From assembly GCA_030390025.1 (NCBI GenBank), contig CM059436.1:57288001-57352000 (forward strand): DNA of 64,000 nt, read 5' to 3'. Position numbers and translations under genes: made by a program. Below are positions 36,926 through 48,711 of this stretch, in pieces. Under the pieces are notes generated by a model. It saw nothing but the letters and a program-made list of their open reading frames with translations, was not told the origin of the DNA and ran no database searches. Every line of letters begins with the position of its first letter. Positions within the stretch are counted from its first letter, which is position 1. Source of the DNA: Squalus acanthias. Lineage: Eukaryota.

Positions 36926-38434
36926 TTTATTGGTGCTCAGAATTATCCTCTGCAGTCATTGCTTATGGCTCCAGTAAGGCTTCCACAGACAGAGAGGGAC
37001 TATAGATACGATGAGCCCCTGGGACTACAAGAAGTTGAGCAGACTATAAGAATTTTCGAGTCCCATTGAGGTGCCTCGATTAATCTGGTAGAGCCCCACA
37101 AGAGTCTTAGGGATCACTGTAGCTTACTGCGCTCAGCATAATATTACAATGAAGAGCGGCTTGCTACTTCTGGAAGCTGAAAGTGACGATGAAGAAGAGT
37201 TGGGAGAAGGAACTCTGTCCCCACAACGTGAGGAGGGTGCACAGGAATGAAAGGATATGGAACAGGCTAGCCAGCAGCCAGGGAAAGGATGAACAATTGA
37301 TAGCCTAGTGCTTTCAATAAATAAATGTTGACTCGCCAAATAAAATCACTTCACATTTGTCTCTTTTCCCCCCCACATCCTCACAAAGTCCCTTACTGTC
37401 AAAGACTTCTGTCAAGTTCCTTCTTATAAGATAAAAGTCTACATTTCCCTGCTATCATTCAAACCCTCAAAAGTTGAAAACATCTGCATCAATAAATTCA
37501 TTCTACGTGCAGTTCACTGGTGCTGGTTACAAGCTCAGAGATGCTACTGACCAGTGTCATTAAAACTAAATAGTCCCAACCAGGTCTTGGAAGTCATATT
37601 CAAGTGAGGCATTCAGGCGAGCCGTCAAGACAACATTTGAAGCAGTGATAGCTGCTACTCTGGCATCATAATGCTGCAGAAATCTCCTGGGCTGTCACTG
37701 TCTCCAGCATGTTCTGCAGATCGTGGGGAACTTCCTGTAATGTGTTGCAGATGTTAGTAGTAGATTCCTCCCACTGGTCCACCATCTCAACCATACATGT
37801 GGAAACTGCTTCCAAAAGAGACTGATGCACCCTAATCATAGCTCTCTGGAACACTGGGTCTCTGAGATCTGGGTCTCTAGGCTCTTCAGTCAAGGACAAT
37901 CATCTATCCATCCTCCAGGAAGGAATGCAGTCTTCCTCTCCTCCATTTCCAGATTCTCATTACCACTTGTGCTCCGTGCTTCACTCATTTATAGCCCTCA
38001 CTAACTACTTTCTTGTGAGTGAGTGTCTCTGGGATGGTGCTTGCACAGATAAGATGCCATGATGAAGTTGGTGATAAAGTGGCGGGAATTGTGGATCTGG
38101 ATGTGCTTGTGTGGTCATTGGAGAGGCTGCCCTCTTCCTCTAAGGCACTAACTATGATGCAAAACACAGAAGAGCTTATTTAGCGCTGTACACACTGACA
38201 GTCCCCTTTGGCGAAATAGTTGGTGAGTGTAAGGACATTGCAATACTTTGACAAAGCACATGAAGCTGAGACTATGTATGATGAACCAGTCCCAACCTCC
38301 TGTTGACATCTCACCTCTAATCTCACTATATCCCATAGCCTCTCCTGTCTGTCTGCCTATGACTAAGGTCTCCTCTTTCTGATGCTCTACCATTGCATTT
38401 CCCATGTTATTGGTAAGGATGAGCTTTTCCTTTT

Positions 38435-38582
38435 AAGAACATAAGAACATAAGAAATAAGATGAGGAGTAGACCATACGGCCCCTCGAGCCTGCTCCGCC
38501 TTTCAATAAGATCATGGCTGATCATCGACCTCAACTCCACTTTCCCGCCCGATCTCCATATCCCTTGATTCCCCTAGAGTCG
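38435..38582 (-). mobile_element. CR1 3' end fragment
   Basis: (AAGAACAT)n tail; GGCCCCTCGAGCCTGCTCCGCC...ATCATGGCTGATC. Confidence 0.88.
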
Positions 38583-38865
38583 AAAGGAGGGAGGGAAGAG
38601 AATGTTCAAGATATGTGAGTTGCATGGACACTTTACTCATATGAGCACATACATCCCATGATGATGAGAGGAGCAAGTGCATTGTTCCTTTAAATGAAGT
38701 GTCCTTGAAGATTAGCAGAGGCCTTTGTGGCAGGCTATAAGAGTTGTTAAGAAGAGTTGTTAGTTAAGATGGTGCTTGAACCAACACAAGGGAATAACCT
38801 GCTTGACCTCGTCCTCACCAATCTACCTGTCACAGATGCACCTGTTCATGACAGCACTGGTAGGA

Positions 38866-41800
38866 GTCCGGTTATCATTCTGGTAAACCTACGCTGCACT
38901 CCCTCCAAGGCCAATATATCCTTCCTAAGGTGTGGTACCCAGAACTACTCACAGTACTTCAGGTGTGGTCTAACCAGGGCTTTGTATAGCTGTAGCATAA
39001 CTTTCTACTCCCTCCTTGTATTCTAGTCCTCTAGATATAAAGGCCAGTATTTCATTAGCCTTTTTGATTATTTTCTGTACCTGTTCATGACATTTTAATG
39101 ATCTATGTACGTGGACCCCCAAGTCTCTTTGGACATCCACTGTTTTTAGCCTTTCACCATTTAGAAAGTACCCTGTTCTATCCTTTTTAGGTCCAAAGTG
39201 GATGACCTCACATTTGCCTACATTGAAATCCATTTGCCTCAGTTTTGCCCATTCACTTAATGTATCGATCTCTTTGTAATTTTATACTTTCATCTACACT
39301 GCCTACAATGCTGTCTATCTTTGTGTCATCGGCAAATTTGGATATGTGGCTTTCTATGCCATCATCTAAGTCTATAATAAATACTGTGAATAGTTGAGGT
39401 CCCAACACAGATTCCTACGGGACACCACTAGTCACATCCTGCCAATTAGGGTACCTGCCCTTTATTCCTACTCTCTGTCTCCTGCCGCTCAGCCAATTTC
39501 CTAACCAGGTCAATAACTTGACTTCAATTCCATGGGCTTCAACCTTAGTTAACAGTCTCTTATGTGGGACTTTATCAAATGCCTTCTGGAAGTCCATATA
39601 AATAACATCCATAGACATTCCCTGTCCCCTACTTGAGTCACCTCTTCAAAAATTTCAATCAGGTTCGTCAGTCATGACCTCCCTTTCGTAAATCCATGCT
39701 GGCTCTCTCTGATCAGCTGAAAATTTTCAAGGTGTTCAGTCACCCTATCCTTAATTATAGACGCCAGCAATTTCCCGACAACAGATGTTAGACTAACTGG
39801 TCTATAATTACCTGGTTTCCCTCTCTCACCATTCTTAAATAGCGGAATGACATGCGCAATTTTCCAATCTAAAGGAACAGTTGCTGAATCGAGAGAACTT
39901 TGGAAGATTATAGTTAGGGCATCTACAATGTGCTCACCTACTTCCTTTAAAACCCTGGGATGGAAACCATCTGGTCCTGGGGATTTGTTACTCTTTAGTG
40001 CCATTATTTTCGTCATTACTGTTATTTTGCTTACGGTTATTTTATTGAGTCCCTGTCCCTGATTCAATATTAGTTTCCTTGGGATTTCCGGCATGCTATC
40101 CTCTTCCTCTACTGTAAATACAGATACAAAGTAACTATTCAACATGTCCGTCATTTCCTTATTATCGTTGACAATATCACCGCTTTCAGTTTTCAAGGGG
40201 CCAACATTGCTCCTGACCACCCTCTTTTTCCTAATATAATTATAAACATTTTTTGTGTTGATTTTGATATCCCTTACAAGTTTCTTTTCATATTCCCTTT
40301 TTGTAGCTCTTACTATCTGTTTTGTGACACTTTGCTGTTCTTTGTATCCTTCCCATTTGCCGGGAACTGTGCTATTTTTTGCATTTTTGTATGCTTTTTC
40401 TTTTAGTTTTATGTTGTCTCTTACCTCTTTAGTCGTCCATGGCTTTTCTTTTTGGACAAGTAGAGCTCTTGCCCCTTAGGGGTACAAACTGGTTCTGCAT
40501 CATATTAAATTCTTTTTTGAACACCTCCCACTGATCTTCTGTCATTTTACCCATCAACAGATTTGCCCAGTTTACTGTGGACAGTCTCTGTCTCATCACA
40601 TTGAAGTCAGCCTTACCTAACTCTAGGATCTTCGTAGCTGTTTCGTGTTTCTCCCTTTCAAACACTACGTTGAACTCGATCGTGTTATGATCGCTATTAG
40701 ATAAATGTTCATGCGCAGTTAGGCTGTTAACTAAATCTGGCTCATTACTCATTACTAAATCTAATATGGCATGCCCCCTTGTTGCCTCTAGGACATATTG
40801 TTGCAGAAAACTATCCCGGAAACATTGAAGAAATTCACTACCTTTCTGACATGTGCGAGTCTGCTTATTTATTTTTATTCGTTCCTGGGATCTGAGCGTC
40901 ACTGGCAAGGCCAGCATTTAATGCCCATCCCTAATTGCCCTTGAGAAGGTGGTGGTGAGCCGCTGTAGTCCTTGTGATGAAGGTACTCCCATAGTGCTGT
41001 TACAGAGGGAGTTTCAGGATTTTGACCCAGCGACAATGAAGCAATGACGATATATTTCCAAGTCAGAATGGTGTGTGATTTGGAGGGGAACTTGGAGGTG
41101 GTGGTGTTCCCATGCGCCTGCTGCCCTTGTCCTTCTAGGTGGTAGAGGTTTGGGAGGTGGTGTCGAAGAAGCCTTGGCAAGTTGCTGCATTGCATCTTGT
41201 AGAAGGTACACACTGCAGCCACGGTGCACTGGTGGTGAAGGGAGTGAATGTTTAAAGTAGTGGATGGGGTGCCAATCAAGCGGGCTGCTTTGTTCTGGAT
41301 GGTGTCGAGATTCTTGAGTGTTGTCGGAGCTGCACTCATCCAGGCTAGTGGAGAGTATTCCATCACACTCCTTACTTGTGCCTTGTAGACGGTGGAAAGG
41401 CTTTGGGGAGTCAAGAGGTGAGATACTCGCTGCAGAATACACAAACTTTGACCTGCTCTTGTAGCCATAGTATTTATGTGCCTGATCCAGTTAAGTTTCT
41501 GGTCAATGGTAACCCCCAGGATGTTGATAGTGGGGGATTCGGCAATGATAATGCCGTTGAATGTCAAGGGGCGGTAGTTAGACTCTCTCTTGTTGGAGAT
41601 AATCATTGCCTGGCACAATCTATATGAAAGTTAAAATCCCGCATTAAAACCACTCTGCCTTTGCTCCACACTTGTCTAATCTCTGCATTTATACAATCTA
41701 GAACTTCACAGCTGCTACCAATGGGCCTATACACAACTTCCACTACCGTCTTAAATCCTTTCCTATTTCTTAATTCTACCCATAAAGTCTCCACTGCCTG

Positions 41801-42390
41801 CTTACCTCTCATTATATCCTCTCTTATCATTGAAGTGATTTCATCCTTAATCACTAATGCTACTCCTCCCCCTCTATCATTTTCCCTATCTTTCCTGTAG
41901 ATCTTATAACCTGTTTTATTTAGTTCCTAGTCCTGACCATCTTGCAGTCATGTCTCAGTAATGGCTACCATGTCATACCTCCAATTTGAATTTGCGGCTA
42001 CAGTTCATTCAATTTATTCCTTATACGCCGTGCATTTGTATAAAGAACGCTTATTTGGGCCACACACCCTAAACCCCTAACCTGTCCTTCAGCTCTAATG
42101 TTTTACTCACATGTTTCTTATTTCTCTCTCCTGGTTTAATCGCTTTACATCTTTTAGTTTTCCCTTTACCTATAGTGCCTAAAGCCCAATTTCTGACTGT
42201 TACTCTACTCTTTTCTCTTTCATTTGATTTTGAACTATTATTTATACTACATTTTCCACCTGAGCCCTCCCCGCATTTACTAGTTTAAAGTCCTTGTGAG
42301 GGCCCTATTTATCCTTTCCACTAGGACCCTGGTCCCAGCCTGGTTCAGGTAGAGCCCATCCCAATGGTACGGTTCCTTCCTGTCCCATGA
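38866..42390 (-). mobile_element. CR1 LINE: ORF1 C-terminus (SGNH-esterase-like) plus decayed ORF2 (APE endonuclease, RT), with a nested LINE at 40866-41615
   Basis: ~42385-42281 WDRKEPYHWDGLYLNQAGTRVLVERINRALTRTLN*; VVYRP..DFNF; LDLVMSN..SDHN; KSPGPDGFHP..NYRPVSLTSVVGKLL..SQHGF; YMDFQKAFDKVPH; FNVGKCEVIHFG. Confidence 0.93.
40866..41615 (-). mobile_element. CR1-clade second-family LINE 3' fragment nested in a CR1
   Basis: ORF 40899-41618 (LGVTIDQKLNW...YKAQVRSVMEYSPLAW) is the same family as 30225-31320. Confidence 0.88.
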
Positions 42391-42394
42391 TTCC

Positions 42395-42625
42395 GGTTGG
42401 CATTTATTGCCCATCCCTTGTTGCCCTGAGAAAGTGGTGGTGGGTCTTCTTCTTGAACCGCTTTAGTCCATATGATGATGGTGTTCCCACAATGCTGTTA
42501 GACAGGATTTCGGCCAAGTGACGATGAAGAAATGGTGATGTGTGTCCAAGTCAGGATGGTGTGGGGCTTGGAGGAGAACTTGGAGGTGATGGTGTTCCCA
42601 TGGACTTGCTGCCTCTGTCCTTCGA
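42395..42625 (-). mobile_element. CR1-clade second-family LINE 3' end, degraded
   Basis: GCATTTATTGCCCATCCC...CAAGTCAGGATGGTGTG...GGTGTTCCCATG is shared with the other copies. Confidence 0.8.
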
Positions 42626-42626
42626 G

Positions 42627-42942
42627 GTGTAACCTCCTCCAGCCCACTAACCCTTTGAATTCTTTGTTCCTCGAGCTCTGATCTGTTGTGCATCCAACTT
42701 CACTTTGCCTGACCATTGGCAATCATGCCTTTAATGATCTAGGCCTCATGGTCTGAAATTCCCTCCCAAAGCTCCTCCGTCTCTGTAAGTCCCTCTCCTC
42801 CCTTAACACCCTCCTTAAAATCCACCTCATTGACCACCACTCCTAATAACTCTTTCCTTAGCCATTTTTATCTGAATACACCTCTGTGAAGCACCTTTTT
42901 ACATTTTCCTATGTTAAAGCACTGTATAAATGCATGTTGCTT
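42627..42942 (+). mobile_element. L2 3' end, degraded
   Basis: GTAACCTCCTCCAGCCC...CTGTGAAGCACC...TGTATAAATGCATGTTG; reverse-complement similarity to 29683-30020. Confidence 0.75.
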
Positions 42943-44369
42943 TTATAAAACTTCTTTTGTAGTTTATAGTCTAAGCCATGATCTGATAGGGTATTTTTCT
43001 GCTGTTTTCCAAAGTCTAGGAGATTATGAGAGGGCTCGTGATATATCTAGTAAGCCAACAATGGTAACAAGAGTTTCTGTTTGACCTCTGGCCTCACTGC
43101 ATTACCAGATATTGGGCGTGTAAAGGGACGCTTCATTTCATAGGGAGCAAGGTACACGTACAGGAGTGGTCTTTGGCACTGAACACAAGAGAAATATCTA
43201 AGTAAAAATACAAAACCTTACCTGGCACCGGAATCAAGGCTTAGTCAATAGTGTTAGAATGTAAGGGAGGAAAAGTTCTTGAAATGTAATGAGAGGCAAT
43301 AAACATCACATTACTGTCTCAATATTTGAAGGTTGTTTTTTATCATCAGAAATTGCTTTAAAATTAAATACAAAAGTTATGGGGCACTCCAATTTTAACA
43401 GGTCGTCTTTGCTCTGTAAATGTTGAGATATTGCTGTCTATCTCCGATTTAATGCCTGCATAACATTTCATATCTAATGCAATCAGCCAGCTCTTCATAA
43501 AATGAAACTCTTGATAAAGTAAAAATCTCTAGTTAAAGAATTTCTAATAAGAAAACCCTCTTTTCCCAAGCAACATGTCCGTTGCACCCTCCTATTTAAA
43601 AAGTATTTTCTCTCCCCACTTAAGTCACCCAGACTATACACCAACACTGTGCAAAGGACCTCTGTCATTGGAGCCTCCAATACTCATGCCCCTGAAGTCT
43701 CCATTTGCTCCAAGCTGGACTGCATTTCAGATCAAGGAACATGTGCAACTGTAGAGATGCTGGCAGTCGATTCCTCCGCAGTCACTGACAAACCTTGCAT
43801 GGTGCTTGGCACACTGTATAATGATAGTAATAAATTGGTCAGATAACATCCATCTTTCTAATGTAAGCCCTGTGAGGTCCAAATCCCAGGGATATATAGC
43901 TGAGGAAAGGTGCAAAGTGGTCCTCTGGGTGGCAGGTTCCTCCTCTTCCACTGTCACCTCAAATTGCTTCTGGTCCCTCGTGCATTGTAATTCATCCAGT
44001 ACACCCTACTCAAACTTTTGGTCATGCTCCATGCACAACAGAAGAAAATCCAATCCCCTATGTTATTTTCTACTTTTTTCTATACTTTCATTATGCAAAA
44101 CCTTTCTCCTCAATTTAAATTCCCCCCCCAAAAAAACTACACAATCACATTCTACCAATAAAATTCTGAGATACAGCTATGATGAGTTACTTGCTCAACC
44201 TATTATATAACCCCCAAAATAAAACTTCTTAGATAGCAAACACAAATTTGTCTCCAAAATATAACTCCTTCCCCTTTCCACAATCTCACTGGGCCTCTAA
44301 ACATCCTGGATTTTGGTGACATCCTCAACTGCACCTCTCTCCATACTTCACAAACCTCACTTGGCCAGC

Positions 44370-44822
44370 TGTCTCCCCAAACTGATTCAGTTGGTAGTCT
44401 CTTGCCTCTATTCAGAAGATTCTGGGTGAGAACTTGAATATATAATCTAGACTAACACTTAAATCCAGTACTGAGGGAATGCTACATTGCTGGAGGTGCC
44501 ATCCTTCAGATGAGTTATTAAAGTGAAGCTCTATTTGTATGTTCCAGTGGTCCAAGTGGATGTTAAAGATCTCAAAGCACTATTCGAAGATTAGGGAGTT
44601 CCACTGATATTCCAGCCAGCAATTCTCCCTCAACCAACACCACCAAAAATCGATTAATCCGCTCATTCATTATGATTGTGGGAACTTGTTGTATGAAAAA
44701 TGGCTGCCGCATTTGCCTCCATGACTATGGTCACCGCACTTAATGTAATTATTTGTATGTCAAGCACTTCTGGATGTTTTTGAGAGACATGATAAGGTGC
44801 TAAATAAATGCAAGTTCTTTTT
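44370..44822 (+). mobile_element. Old DeuSINE copy
   Basis: Decayed tRNA head (TCAGTTGGTAG), CAGTACTGAGGGAATGCT, CCCTCAACCAACACCACC, tail ATAAATGCAAGTTCTTT. Confidence 0.78.
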
Positions 44823-45504
44823 ACCTCCATGTTTGGAGGTGTCCTGACCTCCAGGTATGACCCAGATCATGGTCCAAATGAGCATCCGCCAACAAGACTA
44901 TAATTCCCAGGAACTACTGCTGCTCTGACTGGATTCAGGCTGAGAGAGGTGGATTGTTCCTGATCCGAGTGTTAGCACCACCTAGGCAGCAGAAGTAACC
45001 ACTTCAAACCCTATGCTGATTCAGTCTGCCCAGGTGATGATCAATCTGACTGCTCGCCAACCAGCAGATCCAAAGCTCCAGCTTCCTCTCCCTTCCTCAC
45101 AGAGCCTGAGGACCTGCCATCTGGTGCAGAGTGACAGTGGGTCCCACATCAGGAATCAGCAACAGCCCCAGCCGCAGCAATGGATAAAAACTGGGTGGTG
45201 CTTTCTTTTCAGGAGCCCAAAGTTAACAACTCATTGCGTATTATGTTAAACAACAATTCAAAATGTACCCTAGGGTTGCTAATTCTGGTTGGAGGCATTC
45301 CTGGAGGTTGATCATGTGATATCTTCACCACATGACATCTGACCATGTGATACCTGATCACATGACATCTGATCACATGACTTCCACAAACGTTATTGCA
45401 TTTACCTTATAAAGGTTGGGTCCACTGTAGTTGAATACCTTTGCTTGCGGTTTTGTGCCAGCAGCTTTTGTGCGACAAGTTCCAAGAACCAGGAGGCCTC
45501 CCGT

Positions 45505-45805
45505 AAGCAGGGGGAAGAGGAGAAACTGAGGGCGTGGAAGAGGAGACTCCAAGGACAGGGAAGAGGAGAAATCAAGGGCGGGGAAGAGGGAGAACCTAGG
45601 GTGAGGAAGAGGGAAAACTGAGGGCATGGAAGAGGATACTCCAAGGGCGGGGAAGACGGGGAACCTAGGGTGAGGAAGAGGGGAAACCGAGGGCAGGGAA
45701 GAGGAGACACCGAGGGCAGGGAAGAGGAGACACCGAGGACGGGGAAGAGGAGACACCGAGGATGGGGAAGAGGAGAAACCGAGGGAGGGCAAGAGGGGAA
45801 TCCGA
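45505..45805. repeat. ~22-bp purine-rich minisatellite (GGGAAGAGGAGACACCGAGGGC-like, ~13 units)
   Basis: Direct reading; it produces the low-complexity ORFs at 45373-45962. Confidence 0.9.
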
Positions 45806-46412
45806 AGGTCAGGGAGCGATTTGCAGAGGGGAAGCCAGAGGTGGGAGGAACTTTGATTCCACCAGTAACTAATGGTAACTCACTGAAATTGCACCGATAA
45901 CTAATAGTAATAGTGGTAACATTCAGAGTCCCCTCATAACCAACTGTAATACAATAACTCACTGATAGTCTATATGTAACTCGTAGTAATAGGTGTAATG
46001 CCCCGATATCCTACCTGTAACTAGTCGTAATCTGTATAACCCGCTAATATTCACCCTGAAACCATAGCCAGAAATCCCCTGCACTGCACAAGATTCGATC
46101 AGGCTCCCCAGTTGATGCCACTCTTAAAAGGCCCCATCTCTCTCACTATCTCCTTGGACTCCGGTTTGGACTCAGGTTCCGTGTGAAGGTGACAACTCTG
46201 AACCTGCAGCCTCAGTCAGAGCCGATCTATACTTGGACTTCACATGTCAAAACCATCCGGTACAGACCGACCTGAACCAAACCGAGAGATCGCACAAAGG
46301 AAGTGGGCTCGGTGTTTGGGGCACTTCTCACAGGGCACATGGTCCTAAACTCAGCTCAGCACCAACATCTCTAAACCATTCCCTGGGCTCGGACTCAATT
46401 AAAGAGGGTTTT

Positions 46413-46835
46413 CATAGAATTATAGAAATTACAGCACAGGAGGAAGCCATTCGGCCCCTGGTGCTTGTGCTCCCTCCTGTAACCCCATTCCCCACCCGCC
46501 CTCATCCTTTTATATTCCTCCTTTTCAAATATTTATCCCATTCCCTTTGAAATTAAGTTTTAGTCTCTACTTCAATAGCCACAACCGATACCAATTCCTT
46601 TGTGCGATCTCTCGGTTTGACGTGTGAAGTCCAAGTACAGATCGGCTCTGACTGAGGTTGCCAGTTCAGAGTTGTCACCTTCACACGGTGAAGTATCCCA
46701 CAGTCTAATAGTCCTCAGTGCAAAAACCTTCCTTCTCCCTTCCTCCTTGGTTTTTCCAGTGAGAATTCTTGGTTTCTGCTCCTTTGTTCCCCATTTGCCC
46801 ACCAGTGGAAACAATCGTTCACTCTTTACCCACAG
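46413..46835 (-). mobile_element. Old CR1 3' fragment containing a ~105-bp inserted sequence
   Basis: CATAGAATTATAGAA tail, GCCATTCGGCCC, and ERLFPLVG...RRKVFALRTIRLWD translation; interrupted at 46584-46688. Confidence 0.7.
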
Positions 46836-47389
46836 TAAGGTCCCCAAGCTTCACTCACCCCTTTACTGGCTGCTCCTCTCTCTGTGCCATTCTCACTCAC
46901 CACCTTGCTGCTGCTGCTCACAGCTCTGAGGGAAATGCTGGGCCCCACGCCCACCTCCATTCCCCCTCTACCCCCCAGTCTCCATCTCTCTCCCCAAGCC
47001 CACATTCCCCTGTCTCCATCTCTCCCCCAATCCCCCATTCCCCCATCTCCCTCTCTTCCCGTACCACCCACTCTCGAGACCCCGATTTCATTCTCCCCCA
47101 CCCCAATTTCCGAGACTCGCCGATTGCTGAAACACCCCGATTGCTGAGACTCCACCGAATGCCGAGACTCCACTGAATGCCAACACCCGATTCCGGACGC
47201 TCCAGCCCCTTCCCAACTGCACTTCACGTGGTCGCGGCTCTGGTCAGGTGACATCACAGATCGGGGGGGGTCACACTGCAGTGGGAAATTTAAATCACTG
47301 ATCTCTGGGCTGCTGGAGGCAGTGCTTGGGGGAGGAATTTCTGATTCTGGGAAACGCCTGGTCATTTGGGAGAGTTGCAAACCCTAGTT

Positions 47390-47842
47390 GTCAGCTGTGG
47401 CTCAGTTGGTAGCACACTCGCCTCTGAGTCAGAGGGTTGTGGGTTCATAGTCCCACTCCAAGAACTTAAGTACATAAAGCTAGGCTGATACTCTGAGGGA
47501 GTGCTGCACTGTCAGAGGTGCTGTCTTTCCAACGAGACATTAAACCGAGGCCCCGTCTGCTCTCTCAGGTGGACGTAAAAGTTCCCATGGCACTATTTTG
47601 AAGAAGAGCAGGGGAGTTATCCCCGGTGTCCTGGCCAATATTTATCCCTCAACCAACATCACAAACAGATTATCTGGTCATGATCACATTGCTGTTTGTG
47701 GGAGTTTGCTGTGCGCAAATTGGCTGCTGCGTTTCCCATATTACAACAGTGACTGCACTTCAAAAGTATTTCATTGGCTGTAAAGCGCTTTGAGACGTCC
47801 GGTGGTCGTGAAAGGCGCTATATAAATGCAAGTCTTTCTTTT
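47390..47842 (+). mobile_element. Near full-length DeuSINE (SacSINE1-like): tRNA-derived head, Deu core, L2-like tail
   Basis: A box TGGCTCAGTTGG, B-box-like GGTTCATAGTCCC, core TTAAACCGAGGCCCCGTCTGCTCTCTCAGGTGGACGTAAAAG.TCCCATGGCACTATTT.GAAGAAGAGCAGGGGAGTT..CCCCGGTGTCCTGGCCAA, tail GGCGCTATATAAATGCAAGTCTTTCTTTT. Confidence 0.88.
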
Positions 47843-48711
47843 ACCTACATGGCTTAGTTTGCTTCTACTTTTCTCCAGGTTAAATGTTGCAAGTTCTGTG
47901 CAAGATGCTGGACACACAGTTGATGAAAAATGAACCGGGACTGTATATAGTGCTACATGTGGCATACATAGACATAAGAGAAAAATAATACCTTGATTGG
48001 CCAGCCAGCGAAGTAAACAGTAAGCCTACAATGGCTGTAAATCACAATGTGTATCAATGGCTGTCTGTAGAACAAGATCTGAACACCCAGACAATAATAA
48101 CAGAGATCAGGCCAATCATAAGACAGTTCATTTCATTTTATGCTGCTAAGAATTTTGATCAAAGATTATGCAGGCTTTTTAAAATTACAAATGACAGCCG
48201 CCACATCCAATGAGCATGTCCGCAGCAGAACCACAACAATAGCATCTTGAGGAGCGCCTTTATCAAGTAGGAGGGAGGAGAAGGGGCAGTGTGCACAGGG
48301 GGCTCAGGGACTCAGGCAGCACAAGCTCTGCAGTATGTGAGTGCGGACCCTCAGCTTCAAATAAAAACCGTTTGAAGAAATATCCAGATATTCATCAAAC
48401 TTAACATTTAAAATAAATTACTATAATAGTTCATTCTATTTCAATTGATTATTAGTCACTTGTGAAAAGGAATCAACAATTTTATGAAATCTGAATGTAT
48501 TCAAATGGAAAGAAACAAAATAATCTTTCATATGCAGCAAATTAATTAAAATCTTTGACTCAACCAGTGTGGGCGGTGGTAGTGAAAATCAGTGCTGTAT
48601 AGTATGAATTTTGAAGGGTGACATGGGGATTGAACTAGCTATAGAGATGGCAGGCATTACCATTTCAGTATTTCCTTAAATACATCACTACATATATATT
48701 GTGTATTCTAT

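Larger units (their letters stand above)
35134..37145 (+). pseudogene. Fossil PIF/Harbinger DDE transposase, split by an L2 insertion
   Basis: Hand translation: 35152 LNFFATGLFQVASGDLCHIHQAAVHHCIKKVTDVLFRRA; ~35343 IDR; 35392 FMNRKDFHSISVQLVCNGNH..VRARYPRSCHNAFIIQQS; after the L2, 36926 FIGAQNYPLQSLLMAPVRLPQTE..VEQTIRIF..AYCAQHN. The blocks are collinear with HARBI1/Harbinger transposase motifs, with frameshifts. Confidence 0.85.

Noticed and set aside
43727-43957. Coding-like minus-strand stretch, possibly a Harbinger second-ORF remnant
   Set aside because: The resemblance to 37666-37899 is only a few residues (EEST) in another frame; too weak to call.
45373-45962. Pro/Ser/Leu-rich ORFs; also considered as a CRISPR-like array
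   Set aside because: A simple ~22-bp minisatellite without unique spacers, in a vertebrate genome.
47390-47460. tRNA-like sequence (also at 31627 and 31696)
   Set aside because: These are SINE heads that run into the Deu core and tail; there is no complete cloverleaf.
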